Origin: an uncultured virus (IMG/VR IMGVR_UViG_3300034092_002263)
Lineage: Duplodnaviria; Heunggongvirae; Uroviricota; Caudoviricetes
IMG/VR virus record: IMGVR_UViG_3300034092_002263
Length of the DNA stretch: 20,000 bases
Reading direction: 5' to 3' (one strand)
Positions 8,858-17,389 of this stretch are shown piece by piece. Each line of letters begins with the position of its first letter. The stretch's first letter is position 1. The notes beneath the pieces are model-generated. The model made no database searches. It had not been told where the DNA came from and worked only from the letters and a program-made list of their open reading frames with translations. The translations under genes were made by a program, and so were the position numbers.

Positions 8858-10831
8858 TTAATACACATCTTTCATATAATCTGAGAACCAGCTTGGTCCA
8901 GTATACATTTTGTCGTCATTTTTATTAGAATGACCACCAGTGGCAAATCCTCCATAGAATTTGTACTCTTCTTGTGTTGGTGTTCTTTGTTTTAGTCTAG
9001 ACGCCATATTAGCCATTAATAAAGCAGAATATCTATCTTTTCTCATTTTACTTTTTCTACCAGTACCAACTATTACTTCTGGCGTATCCCACCTATCTCT
9101 GCCATTTAATGTCTGCGTCATTTGTATCATAGATAATTCGTCTTTTAATTCTTCTATTTCAAGGACACATTCTTCTAAAGTATCAAACATTCGGTTTTTT
9201 ATATCGTCTTCGTGGTGTGACAGATCTATACTCAACGTATCAAAAAATGGAAATAATAGTACTTTGTCTTCAAAGTCTTTTCTCATTCCATGATTTGCTT
9301 CTGCTAACCATTCATGTTTAGCAAATTGACACATTTCTAATATGTGTAAACCTCTTTCTCCGTCAGTATCTTTTGGTTTTTCGTCATCTATCACGGGCCA
9401 TATTGCAATTTCACCATCTCTTAACTTATCCTTATCATGTAGAGACTCCATAACAGCAACTCCACCACCCTGCGCATCCATTGCTATGTGTACACATGGA
9501 AATAATTTCATTAAATCTCTAATTTTTCTAGCACAATAGGCATAAAAATCTGTTTCACTTACATATCCCTTTTTAACCTTTTCTTTGTGTTCTGTTCTAG
9601 TTGTTGTCCAACAGTGTACAATTCTTCTATGATCATTATTTAATTCAATAACGACAATGCTAAAGTTATCTACTTCAGAAGCCGGGTCTACGCCAAATAC
9701 ATATGTTTTATTTACATCACCAATTAATGAAGCTTCAAAATGTATTTCATTTCCAGCACTATCTTGAATTTGATTATCTGTAGACACAACACATGATTCT
9801 ATTAAAGATCTCTTAAAGAATCCTTGACTATCTCTCGTAAAACAAGCCCCATATTCCATTTGATAAATGCCCGTATGCACTGTTGCTTTTGATCTTGCAA
9901 CTTGATCTGCGTCCATGAAGCCTTTTGGTAGTAGTTCATATGGCATTCTAATAATAGAATATTGTGTCCAATCAAAGTTTTCTGGCGGATCTTCACTAAA
10001 AATTTCTCTTAGTTTTATGATATCTCCTCGACTTTTGATTATAGATTTCCACTTTTTCCAGTAAGCTGCAAAATGATTAAAATCATAATAAGCTGTACCA
10101 GATAAAACAATTTGATTATCTTTTTGTTCTATAACATCTGATTGAGCAAGCTCTATACCTAATTCTTTAGCTTTTTTTCTTGCAGCATACTTCTTTACAT
10201 TTTCTACTGGATCTGCGCTGACTGCTGCGAAACCAGCGACTACGTTCTCAAAAATTTCTCTTGGTATTGAAGCAAACTCATCAGCAATAATATCATTTGC
10301 TCTTTGTCCTCTAATTTTTTGACCATCTCCTAGCGGCAAACATGTTATAGTACTTTCATTAAGTCTTAAAGTACATCTATCCGTATCTCTTCTTGGTCCA
10401 CTATCTCCATCACAAATATCTCGTAACATTGGTGAGTTGCGCCATATGGTTTCCATATATTCAAATAATACTTTAGACTGCCTAAATGCTGCACCAACAA
10501 TAACAACTTTTCTCTTTGGTAAAATTAAAGCTCTAAGAATTGAATACAAAGATAACATAAATGATTTACCAAAACCTCGACTAGCAATTAACATTGGAAA
10601 TTTTCTATTCCAAATTTCGTTTAAGAACAAAGCTTGAGAAGGTAATAGTTGAATATTTAATATGTGGCTAGTCAAGAATGATAAATATTCTGGTCGAGTC
10701 ATTAACCAAGCAAGCCTAAGATTAAAATCTTCATGTGCTGGATTAGCTATAGACATTGGATTGAAAAAATCCGTATCTATATTCTCTAATCCCAGCCACG
10801 CTTCTTCAATATTTTTTAATTTAGTGGTCAT
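8858..10831 (-). CDS. terL: Terminase large subunit
   Basis: Q motif (LLPSQ), Walker A ASRGFGKS, Walker B IRGQRANDIIADE, coupling motif LSGT, RNase H-like nuclease FGVDPAS...MDAQGGG...KDRYSAL. Confidence 0.92.
   Translation of the reverse strand: MTTKLKNIEEAWLGLENIDTDFFNPMSIANPAHEDFNLRLAWLMTRPEYLSFLTSHILNIQLLPSQALFLNEIWNRKFPMLIASRGFGKSFMLSLYSILRALILPKRKVVIVGAAFRQSKVLFEYMETIWRNSPMLRDICDGDSGPRRDTDRCTLRLNESTITCLPLGDGQKIRGQRANDIIADEFASIPREIFENVVAGFAAVSADPVENVKKYAARKKAKELGIELAQSDVIEQKDNQIVLSGTAYYDFNHFAAYWKKWKSIIKSRGDIIKLREIFSEDPPENFDWTQYSIIRMPYELLPKGFMDADQVARSKATVHTGIYQMEYGACFTRDSQGFFKRSLIESCVVSTDNQIQDSAGNEIHFEASLIGDVNKTYVFGVDPASEVDNFSIVVIELNNDHRRIVHCWTTTRTEHKEKVKKGYVSETDFYAYCARKIRDLMKLFPCVHIAMDAQGGGVAVMESLHDKDKLRDGEIAIWPVIDDEKPKDTDGERGLHILEMCQFAKHEWLAEANHGMRKDFEDKVLLFPFFDTLSIDLSHHEDDIKNRMFDTLEECVLEIEELKDELSMIQMTQTLNGRDRWDTPEVIVGTGRKSKMRKDRYSALLMANMASRLKQRTPTQEEYKFYGGFATGGHSNKNDDKMYTGPSWFSDYMKDVY
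8860..8867 (-). promoter_or_regulatory. Variant late promoter box TGTGTATT overlapping the terminase stop codon
   Basis: GAT GTG TAT TAA at the end of terL, about 44 nt upstream of the portal ATG. Confidence 0.45.
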
Positions 10832-11472
10832 TCTTTGATATGCCAGTGATCTAATATTGCATCAGCAAAACCATAATACACGGCTTCTTCTGCGTTTAGA
10901 TACCAATCTCCATTTTTAAATTTTCTTATCAAAAATTGCTTAACTTGTTTTTCACTTGGTTTCTTTCCAAACTTCTCATAGAAAAACTTACCGTCAACAC
11001 ATCTTTTTGCATAAACATTAAACATCACATCACAAATTCGTTTTTCATAATCGGCTTGACTCATTGCGCTTAAATAATCTGTATTAATATCGGTAGATCC
11101 ATAGTGACACATAAAGTGAGCATTTGGAGTCATGTATCTATAATCCGCAGCTTGAAGAAAAATGCTACTCATAGATTCAGCTTGACCATAAACAATCATA
11201 GTAATATAAGATCTACACATTTGTATAGCATCATAAATAGCCATGCCGTCTGTCCATACTCCTCCAATACTATGAGAGTGTATTGTAATATTGGCATTAT
11301 TTCTTATATCTAAGGCTCTTAAATTTTTGATAAACGTATTAGACATTCTATATTCAACGCCGGGATTTTCGTTATCTTCGCTATTGTAGTGATTATGTAA
11401 AAATATTTCCCTAGTATTGATGTTGGCACCATAGTCGTGGAAATCTTTCAGTAATTCTGGTTCTGCCATCAT
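10828..11472 (-). CDS. clpP: ClpP-like serine protease (peptidase S14)
   Basis: REIFL, IHSHSIGG..DGMAIYDAI, GQAESMSSIFLQA (catalytic Ser), FMCHYGS (His), DWYLNAEEAVYYGFAD. Confidence 0.88.
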   Translation of the reverse strand: MMAEPELLKDFHDYGANINTREIFLHNHYNSEDNENPGVEYRMSNTFIKNLRALDIRNNANITIHSHSIGGVWTDGMAIYDAIQMCRSYITMIVYGQAESMSSIFLQAADYRYMTPNAHFMCHYGSTDINTDYLSAMSQADYEKRICDVMFNVYAKRCVDGKFFYEKFGKKPSEKQVKQFLIRKFKNGDWYLNAEEAVYYGFADAILDHWHIKE

Positions 11473-11966
11473 TTTTTCCTCCCTATAGTGTACATTTCAT
11501 TAATTCTTTTAAAGATACTACTAACAGCTAAAAATGCATTTCTCCTGTCTCCACAAAATAAAACATGCACATCGTTATACAGTTCAAACTCTATTAAACA
11601 TTTAAGCATATATTTACCAGTAATTTTTAAAGCAGACTTATTTCGCACCGGTATTCGCGTGTGTTGAGGAAAGTTAATTAAATCTTGTAAAGAAAATTCC
11701 AGTATTAAATACTTGTGAGGAAAAACTTTCATCCTTTCAATTTCATTTAAGAATGTATATTTCTTTTGTCCTAGATTAATAGCAAGTTCTTCAACACAGC
11801 CCTTTCTTTCTATACAGATTTTATCTTCCAAGCCTTGTATGGAATAATCTCCAGTGTCTAATTTCTGTTCTATCATGCCTGCGCATGTGTTGAAATTATT
11901 AAATTCATACCCTTCTTTTTCTCGGGTATCTCTAATAACAAAAAATTTAGGTGCGTTTGGTTGCAT
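11469..11966 (-). CDS. ERCC4-domain (XPF/Mus81-like) nuclease
   Basis: DTRE...KLDTGDYSI...ICIERK signature. Confidence 0.85.
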   Translation of the reverse strand: MQPNAPKFFVIRDTREKEGYEFNNFNTCAGMIEQKLDTGDYSIQGLEDKICIERKGCVEELAINLGQKKYTFLNEIERMKVFPHKYLILEFSLQDLINFPQHTRIPVRNKSALKITGKYMLKCLIEFELYNDVHVLFCGDRRNAFLAVSSIFKRINEMYTIGRKK

Positions 11967-12222
11967 TATGAATTATTTCTGTAAATACTACTTCGTAGTG
12001 GTTTTCTTTACCAGTTATTGATTCATGGCACTCTTTACAAAGCGTAATGCCATTTAATGGATCATATCTTAATGATGCTGCTTTTGACCAAGGTTTAATA
12101 TGATGTACATTTAATTTCTTTCTAGAGTTACAGTTTGGCATTTGACACTTGTATTTGTCTCTTTTTAATACTGACTTTCTAAACTCACTATAATCTTTAT
12201 CATTATAGTTTCTCTTCTTCAT
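11947..12222 (-). CDS. HNH endonuclease
   Basis: VLKRDKYKCQMPNC...HHIKPW...NGITLCKECH. Confidence 0.9.
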   Translation of the reverse strand: MKKRNYNDKDYSEFRKSVLKRDKYKCQMPNCNSRKKLNVHHIKPWSKAASLRYDPLNGITLCKECHESITGKENHYEVVFTEIIHNATKRT

Positions 12223-12467
12223 AATAATATTACCTTATATATTCTCATATGCCTATGTATTTTACGACACATAATTCGACTTTCTATAGAATTATCTTTT
12301 TCTACAATAGTATGAAGTAATCTTTGTGTAAATGTATAGCAAGCATCATCTGGATTATCTGCCTCAAGGAATACTAAAAAAAATGGAAAAGAATATTCTT
12401 TGATTAAGTTATCTTTTATTTGCATATATATACTAGATAAATCCACACTAAGTTTAAAGTTTTGCAT
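12219..12467 (-). CDS. Hypothetical protein (82 aa)
   Basis: Fills the gap and overlaps both neighbours; EADNPDDACY motif. Confidence 0.7.
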   Translation of the reverse strand: MQNFKLSVDLSSIYMQIKDNLIKEYSFPFFLVFLEADNPDDACYTFTQRLLHTIVEKDNSIESRIMCRKIHRHMRIYKVILL

Positions 12468-13494
12468 CTATCATCATTTTAACCAAATCTTCAAGACTGT
12501 ATTCTGCTTTCCAGCCTAATTTTTCTTGTGCTTTTGTACAATCCCCTCTTAGGAAATCTACTTCTGAAGGTCTATAAAATTGTGGATCTATGACAATTAG
12601 TTGTCTCCATTCTGTTAATCCAACATAATTAAAAGCAATATCTAAAAATTCAGCAACTGTGTGAGTCTTTCCAGTGCAAATAACATAATCGTCTGGATAA
12701 TCCTGCTGTAGCATTAACCACATAGCCTCTACATACTCTCCAGCATATCCCCAATCACGAAATGCTTCTAAATTTCCTAGTCTTAGTTTTGGAAAAATCT
12801 GTCCATTAATAATGATATTATCTTCATCAAACTTAATTTCTCCGTTATACTTAACATGTTTAGTCCATCTCACATAATTTGCAATCCAATTTATGATTTT
12901 TTGGGTAACAAAGTTGTCGCCCCTTCTTGGACTTTCGTGATTAAATAATATGCCAGAACTAGCATGTAAATTATGAGCATTGCGAAACAAACGCACGAAA
13001 TGATGAGCGGCACACTTAGCAATTGCGTATGGGGAATTGGGCATAAATTTTGTGTCTTCATCTTGATATTTTTCTCCACAGGCGTTTGTATCGTAAGAAC
13101 TTCCAAACATTTCGCTAGATGAAGCTTGATAAAATCTAGTGTTATATAGCCCAAGATCAACTATTGCTTGTAGAATAGTTAGACATCCTTTTCCAGTAAT
13201 ATCCCAAGTGAGTGCTGGTTGTGAAAAAGATGTGCCAACGTGAGACTGTGCAGCTAAGTTATAGATTTCATCTACATGATCGTTCCAAGAAAGAATATTG
13301 TATATATTGCTTGCATCTGTAATATCGCCTTCTATCAATCTGAAATTATCTGCATCTAATAAGTGTTTTATTCTTTGTGTGTTGTCTGTACTACACCTTC
13401 GTGAAACTCCAATGACTTCATAACCCTTACTCATTAGTAGGTCCGCTAGATAGCTTCCATCTTGTCCGGTAATTCCAAAAACGATAGCTTTCAT
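12454..13494 (-). CDS. gmd: GDP-mannose 4,6-dehydratase
   Basis: GITGQDGSYLA, EIYNLAAQSHV, FYQASSSEMFG, SPYAIAK, GILFNHESPRRG, LGNLEAFRDWG, YRPSEVDFLRGD. Confidence 0.96.
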   Translation of the reverse strand: MKAIVFGITGQDGSYLADLLMSKGYEVIGVSRRCSTDNTQRIKHLLDADNFRLIEGDITDASNIYNILSWNDHVDEIYNLAAQSHVGTSFSQPALTWDITGKGCLTILQAIVDLGLYNTRFYQASSSEMFGSSYDTNACGEKYQDEDTKFMPNSPYAIAKCAAHHFVRLFRNAHNLHASSGILFNHESPRRGDNFVTQKIINWIANYVRWTKHVKYNGEIKFDEDNIIINGQIFPKLRLGNLEAFRDWGYAGEYVEAMWLMLQQDYPDDYVICTGKTHTVAEFLDIAFNYVGLTEWRQLIVIDPQFYRPSEVDFLRGDCTKAQEKLGWKAEYSLEDLVKMMIDAKL

Positions 13495-14234
13495 ATATTC
13501 TCCTTATATTCTTCATATAAAAAATTCCTAGCCAACACATCTTCTTCATCATTAAGATCTAGATATTCTAAATGCTCTTCAAACTTTCTGTATGTTCCAG
13601 TGTCTGCTCTTCCTCTATTACACTTGATAAATAATTCTTCTTTTGTTTTTGATAGATAATGATTTAATTGTGCTATGGACCAATCAACTGGAGTATTAAA
13701 TGGACCTGTTCTTGGTTCTTTATTTAAGTTGTGCCAAGTAGTACCTAAATTATGTATATGAACCATATGATTAGTTGGAAGTTTAACAATAGATTTAATA
13801 TGATTATTGTGAGCATATGTTGATTTTCCTTTATGGGTAAATCTTTTTAATACGCTATATTCTCCATTTACAACTGATTTGTGTCCACTGTCTCCAAATA
13901 GCGCCCAGTTAATACCTATAGCAGCATAATCATTATAATCCTGTAAAAAACTTTTCACATGGTTGTGTTTCTTTAATACCAAAAATTCATCTACATCAAA
14001 AAAAGCAGCCCAATTATATCCGTTAGATTTAGTTTTAACAAAATCGTTATAAGCCTCAAGCTGTTTAGCAAATCCGTTATACTCATATATAGATACTTTT
14101 TTATTGTCGGTGCTATATTTCCAATCATTAGCATAAACAAACACATGATCAAATTCAAGTTTGATATGATAATCTATCCACTCTTTTATGTAGTGGTCTT
14201 CATTTTTAGCTATACAAACAAGAGCTGTTTTCAT
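13491..14234 (-). CDS. GT-A fold glycosyltransferase (GT92 / GT2-like)
   Basis: CIAKNEDHYIKEWIDYH, WAAFFDVDEF (DxD), INWALFG, KSIV, LNHY.SKT.EE. Start moved to ATG 14234 (ATGA overlap with upstream stop). Confidence 0.85.
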   Translation of the reverse strand: MKTALVCIAKNEDHYIKEWIDYHIKLEFDHVFVYANDWKYSTDNKKVSIYEYNGFAKQLEAYNDFVKTKSNGYNWAAFFDVDEFLVLKKHNHVKSFLQDYNDYAAIGINWALFGDSGHKSVVNGEYSVLKRFTHKGKSTYAHNNHIKSIVKLPTNHMVHIHNLGTTWHNLNKEPRTGPFNTPVDWSIAQLNHYLSKTKEELFIKCNRGRADTGTYRKFEEHLEYLDLNDEEDVLARNFLYEEYKENI

Positions 14235-14836
14235 TTTTGTAATATGCCTATATATATACCATTCCAAAAACCGTCTAGGCATCCATTTTTGTTAGTTAAT
14301 ATAGTACGTGAATCTATTACTTTTAGGTTACATTTTTTTATTCCAGACTCTGTTCCTTCTTGGACTTCTACCCAATTAAAATCATCACATATATACATAA
14401 AAGTTTCGTCCATACATTCATAGTAGTATGTTAAAGCCTGTTCTTGATCTTGCTTAGTATGCCCACCGTCATAAAAATAAATATTAAAGCTGTTTTTTAA
14501 CAGGCTTTTGTCAAACTTAAAGCAGTCACAATTAAAAAAGGAATAGTTTGTTTTTATATCGGACATATTAGAACTAAAGATATCAAAATTACCACTAAAT
14601 TGAGAAAAGTCGTCTATAGCTATTGCGTATTCTGGATTATTGTTACATAGTGCTGAATAAAAAGTTGATCCATGCCATACGCCTATTTCTAAATATTTAG
14701 CGCCCCTAAACGACACAGCTTTATTTAATAATCTACGAACTTTAGAACTAGACATGCCACGCATTGACAAAGCTTTACCATCTAACATAGCGCTATCATC
14801 GTTTGCAAAATTCAGTAGTGTATCTATGTTATACAT
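14231..14836 (-). CDS. Class I SAM-dependent methyltransferase (Methyltransf_24-like)
   Basis: YLEIGVWHGST, AIDDF, YFYDGGH, ICDDFNW motifs. Confidence 0.85.
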   Translation of the reverse strand: MYNIDTLLNFANDDSAMLDGKALSMRGMSSSKVRRLLNKAVSFRGAKYLEIGVWHGSTFYSALCNNNPEYAIAIDDFSQFSGNFDIFSSNMSDIKTNYSFFNCDCFKFDKSLLKNSFNIYFYDGGHTKQDQEQALTYYYECMDETFMYICDDFNWVEVQEGTESGIKKCNLKVIDSRTILTNKNGCLDGFWNGIYIGILQK

Positions 14837-14837
14837 A

Positions 14838-15623
14838 TTAATCCTTTACAGTATCTGGAGATAATAATGGCTGATCAATAGTTCCATCTTCATATTTATG
14901 GAAAGAACTTAATCGCTCTTCTTCTTTTTTCATTGCCACCCTCATCTTTTCCATTTCTATTCCGTATTTTTTCATTAAGTCTGGGCTTTGCAATAAATTA
15001 GCAACCCAGCTTGTAAAACTCTGTTTAGAGTCTTCTAACCTCTTTATGCGCTGTTCTCTTGTTCCCTTCATCTCCCTTAATATGGCCGCTTTCTTTGTCT
15101 GTAACTCCCTATAATCTCTATTCAAACTTTCTTGCGAAGCCCTTAGAGAGGCCACCTGTCTTTCTAAGTTAATAATATAATCCATATCTTGTTGATCTTT
15201 GTCTTTACTGCGTTCGTCGCGCACCATTTTTTCATAGGTACTAATTTGTTCTATATTATCCTTATTGCCCTTCAAGCATCTATTCATAAGAATCTCTAAT
15301 TTAATAACGTCGATTACTTGTAATTCTTCGGTGGGGAATACATCGTCCTTAAACTGTGAAATTATGCGCGACCAGTGATACTTAAATAGGTCGAGTTCCT
15401 CTTCAGTAAATTGTTCTTTTAGATCTAGCCAATATGGGCGATCTTCAAGTGAGAAGGCCGCAAACTCTTCTCCGGTTAAACCAACCTTAAATTTTCGTTT
15501 TATGAAATAGTCTACAGACTCAACGTCTCTATCTAATTGTTTGGCTATATCTTCTACGGTCAAACTGTTTACAAGTCTGCCAATAATGCGTTCTTCCTCT
15601 TTAGAGATTCTACCCTTTTTCAT
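14838..15623 (-). CDS. HTH plus coiled-coil protein; candidate terminase small subunit
   Basis: N-terminal KGRISKEEERII...TVEDIAKQLDR helix-turn-helix-like segment, long coiled coil; upstream of terL and no other TerS candidate is evident. Function is inferred. Confidence 0.45.
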   Translation of the reverse strand: MKKGRISKEEERIIGRLVNSLTVEDIAKQLDRDVESVDYFIKRKFKVGLTGEEFAAFSLEDRPYWLDLKEQFTEEELDLFKYHWSRIISQFKDDVFPTEELQVIDVIKLEILMNRCLKGNKDNIEQISTYEKMVRDERSKDKDQQDMDYIINLERQVASLRASQESLNRDYRELQTKKAAILREMKGTREQRIKRLEDSKQSFTSWVANLLQSPDLMKKYGIEMEKMRVAMKKEEERLSSFHKYEDGTIDQPLLSPDTVKD

Positions 15624-16101
15624 TTATGATATCCTTAATTTTTTTGATTAGGGCTTCACGTTTAGTACTAACTAAATTCATGCCGTTGATTAATTTCAAG
15701 AAGTCTTCTCTCATGGAAATTGGTAAATGCGCCTCCACCAATTGCATTAGTTGCTTTTGATCTATCTCCTCTATGTCCATCTCATAATATTGTGAGTTGC
15801 AATTTGTGTCATGAAAAAAACTTATAGGAGATAAGACTTTCTTTTTCTCTAAATCTTTAGCGTTTCCAAAATTATCCCTAACAAAATTCTTCAGTCGATT
15901 AGAAAGATTAACGGATAGAAAATTCTCAAGGGGCCGACAATTGTCATAGCGGTTTAGGGCGTCAACACATATAATAAACGCCTCTTGTTTTATATCATCT
16001 ACCTCGTATCCATTAAATGTATACCTTGGGGCGATTCTATTAATCACCGTTTGTATTATATGCATTGTTTCTTGCTCTGTCATATTCTTTGGTATTTTCA
16101 T
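15610..16101 (-). CDS. Phage-encoded sigma70-family sigma factor
   Basis: Region 2 pattern DDIKQEAFIICVDALNRYD..RPLENFLSVNLSNRLKNFVR; short C-terminal region. Start moved to 16101 (ATGA overlap). Confidence 0.8.
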   Translation of the reverse strand: MKIPKNMTEQETMHIIQTVINRIAPRYTFNGYEVDDIKQEAFIICVDALNRYDNCRPLENFLSVNLSNRLKNFVRDNFGNAKDLEKKKVLSPISFFHDTNCNSQYYEMDIEEIDQKQLMQLVEAHLPISMREDFLKLINGMNLVSTKREALIKKIKDIINEKG

Positions 16102-16883
16102 TTTAGATTCACCCACTCAGACCCGTTGTAGTATTTCAATACATTATCTGTTATGTCAAATACAACATCTCCAGCATCTGGTTTGCTTGGCTTTTCTGTA
16201 GAAGCAAAGGTGAGTTTATTTAATTCAAGCGTCTTGGTATATAACTTAGAGGTCTTTAGTATCAACTGATTTTTAAAGTCCTTGAGTGTTTTTACCACAC
16301 CCTTTGTAAAACTTTCTAAGGAAAATAAACTATCAAGAGATATATTTTCAATTCCATCATTTAGTCTACCGATAACGGAATTTGTTGAGGTGCGCAGCGC
16401 GGTTGGTCCGTTACTAGAGGTGTATGGTATGGTATTTTCTTCTATAAATAGTTGTAGAGCATTAGATACTCTATAAACATATATGTGTATGTATTCATCT
16501 AGACCTTGGGCGCGTACATTATAGAAGTGTGGGTTGGGGGTTGCGTCGTTGCCATGTTGATGAAACAGACAATACAATCTATTAATATACTGCTTTCCTT
16601 CTAATATTTCAAACTCTGCTAGTCCAACTTCTGAGATTAATAAATCAGACTTATTATAGTGCAATAATTCGTAGTAAAAAGTATATCCTTCTCCAATATT
16701 GGATAGAAAACTATTACACTCACAAGTATAGTGTGGGTTTACTTGTTGGTACTTTTGTATATTATTGCAGGCTTGATCACAACCAGTTAATAATAATCTA
16801 GGATACAGGGTGGGATCTGTAATAAGATTACATGCTTCCACTACTGTCTTGTGTGTCGTCTTTAGTGGTTTCTGTAGAATCAT
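16098..16883 (-). CDS. Hypothetical protein with virion-type C-terminal motif
   Basis: 261 aa; ends in GDVVFDITDNVLKYYNGSEWVNL, a G-x3-(F/Y)D...Y.G..W motif common in phage fibre/structural proteins. Confidence 0.6.
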   Translation of the reverse strand: MILQKPLKTTHKTVVEACNLITDPTLYPRLLLTGCDQACNNIQKYQQVNPHYTCECNSFLSNIGEGYTFYYELLHYNKSDLLISEVGLAEFEILEGKQYINRLYCLFHQHGNDATPNPHFYNVRAQGLDEYIHIYVYRVSNALQLFIEENTIPYTSSNGPTALRTSTNSVIGRLNDGIENISLDSLFSLESFTKGVVKTLKDFKNQLILKTSKLYTKTLELNKLTFASTEKPSKPDAGDVVFDITDNVLKYYNGSEWVNLK

Positions 16884-17019
16884 CTTGTTCCTTTCCTAAT
16901 ACTTCTTCCATTGGTCTATCTTCTTTAACGAGATCGCGTAAAGCTGACTCGCTGGCTTTAACAGAAGCCTTACAATGCAATTGACAATGTAATTTAATTG
17001 GATTATTTTGATTGTTCAT
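16828..17019 (-). CDS. Small hypothetical protein, first gene of the late block
   Basis: AAGGAG RBS 6 nt before ATG and TGTGTATA box just upstream. Confidence 0.65.
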   Translation of the reverse strand: MNNQNNPIKLHCQLHCKASVKASESALRDLVKEDRPMEEVLGKEQDDSTETTKDDTQDSSGSM

Positions 17020-17038
17020 ATGTTTCTCCTTGACTTAT

Positions 17039-17048
17039 TATACACAAA
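17039..17048 (-). promoter_or_regulatory. Putative late promoter box TTTGTGTATA(AT)
   Basis: Head of the minus-strand block, about 20 nt before ATG 17019. Confidence 0.7.
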
Positions 17049-17155
17049 GGTGCGAATAAATGCATTTAGGTTGGGTGCGATGCTAATGGATCGGGTAATA
17101 CATAAATATTTATATTGGTTATTGTGAATGAACCACCCCGCGTTTTTTGGCAGTT

Positions 17156-17171
17156 TGGCACGGTATTTGCA
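17156..17171 (+). promoter_or_regulatory. Sigma54 -24/-12 box (perfect consensus)
   Basis: TGGCACG-GTAT-TTGCA; GG-N10-GC. Confidence 0.75.
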
Positions 17172-17200
17172 CAGAAGATAAAACCCCCCTACCTAGCGGG

Positions 17201-17389
17201 TGTAGCAAAATGCTGTAGCAAAACGCTACACACTGTAGCAAAATGCCACACCGGTAAGAACCGAGTCTCATGTTGAGAATCGCGTAAGTCCATATGCCAC
17301 AAGCACTTAGGTAAAAAGAAAAATAATTTTGTCTTTGGCACGATATGTGCATATATATAGGACAACAAAGAAAGAGAGAGTGAAAGATG
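17201..17389 (+). repeat. Regulatory cassette copy 1: palindromic operators + dyad + sigma54 box + purine-rich leader
   Basis: TGTAGCAAAATGCTGTA 17201, TGTAGCAAAACGCTACA 17214, TGTAGCAAAATGCCACA 17234, AGTCTCATGTTGAGAAT 17264, 29-bp dyad 17283, TGGCACG box 17336, AAGAAAGAGAGAGTGAAAGATG. Imperfect direct repeat of 18429-18612. Confidence 0.85.
17336..17351 (+). promoter_or_regulatory. Sigma54 -24/-12 box
   Basis: TGGCACG-ATAT-GTGCA, about 35 nt before ATG 17387. Confidence 0.75.

Noticed and set aside
8858..12222. Intron/intein in terminase, or HNH as an intron-encoded homing endonuclease
   Set aside because: terL motifs are contiguous with no intein signature; the HNH gene is free-standing and coupled to its neighbours.
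1872..13160. Short minus-strand ORFs 1872-2063, 9802-9996 and 12891-13160
   Set aside because: Out-of-frame inside larger genes, with no RBS or recognisable motifs.
605..16476. Plus-strand ORFs in the track (605, 2642, 3161, 5311, 7630, 8961, 9342, 10437, 11104, 13462, 14145, 16282)
   Set aside because: Antisense shadows of well-supported minus-strand genes.
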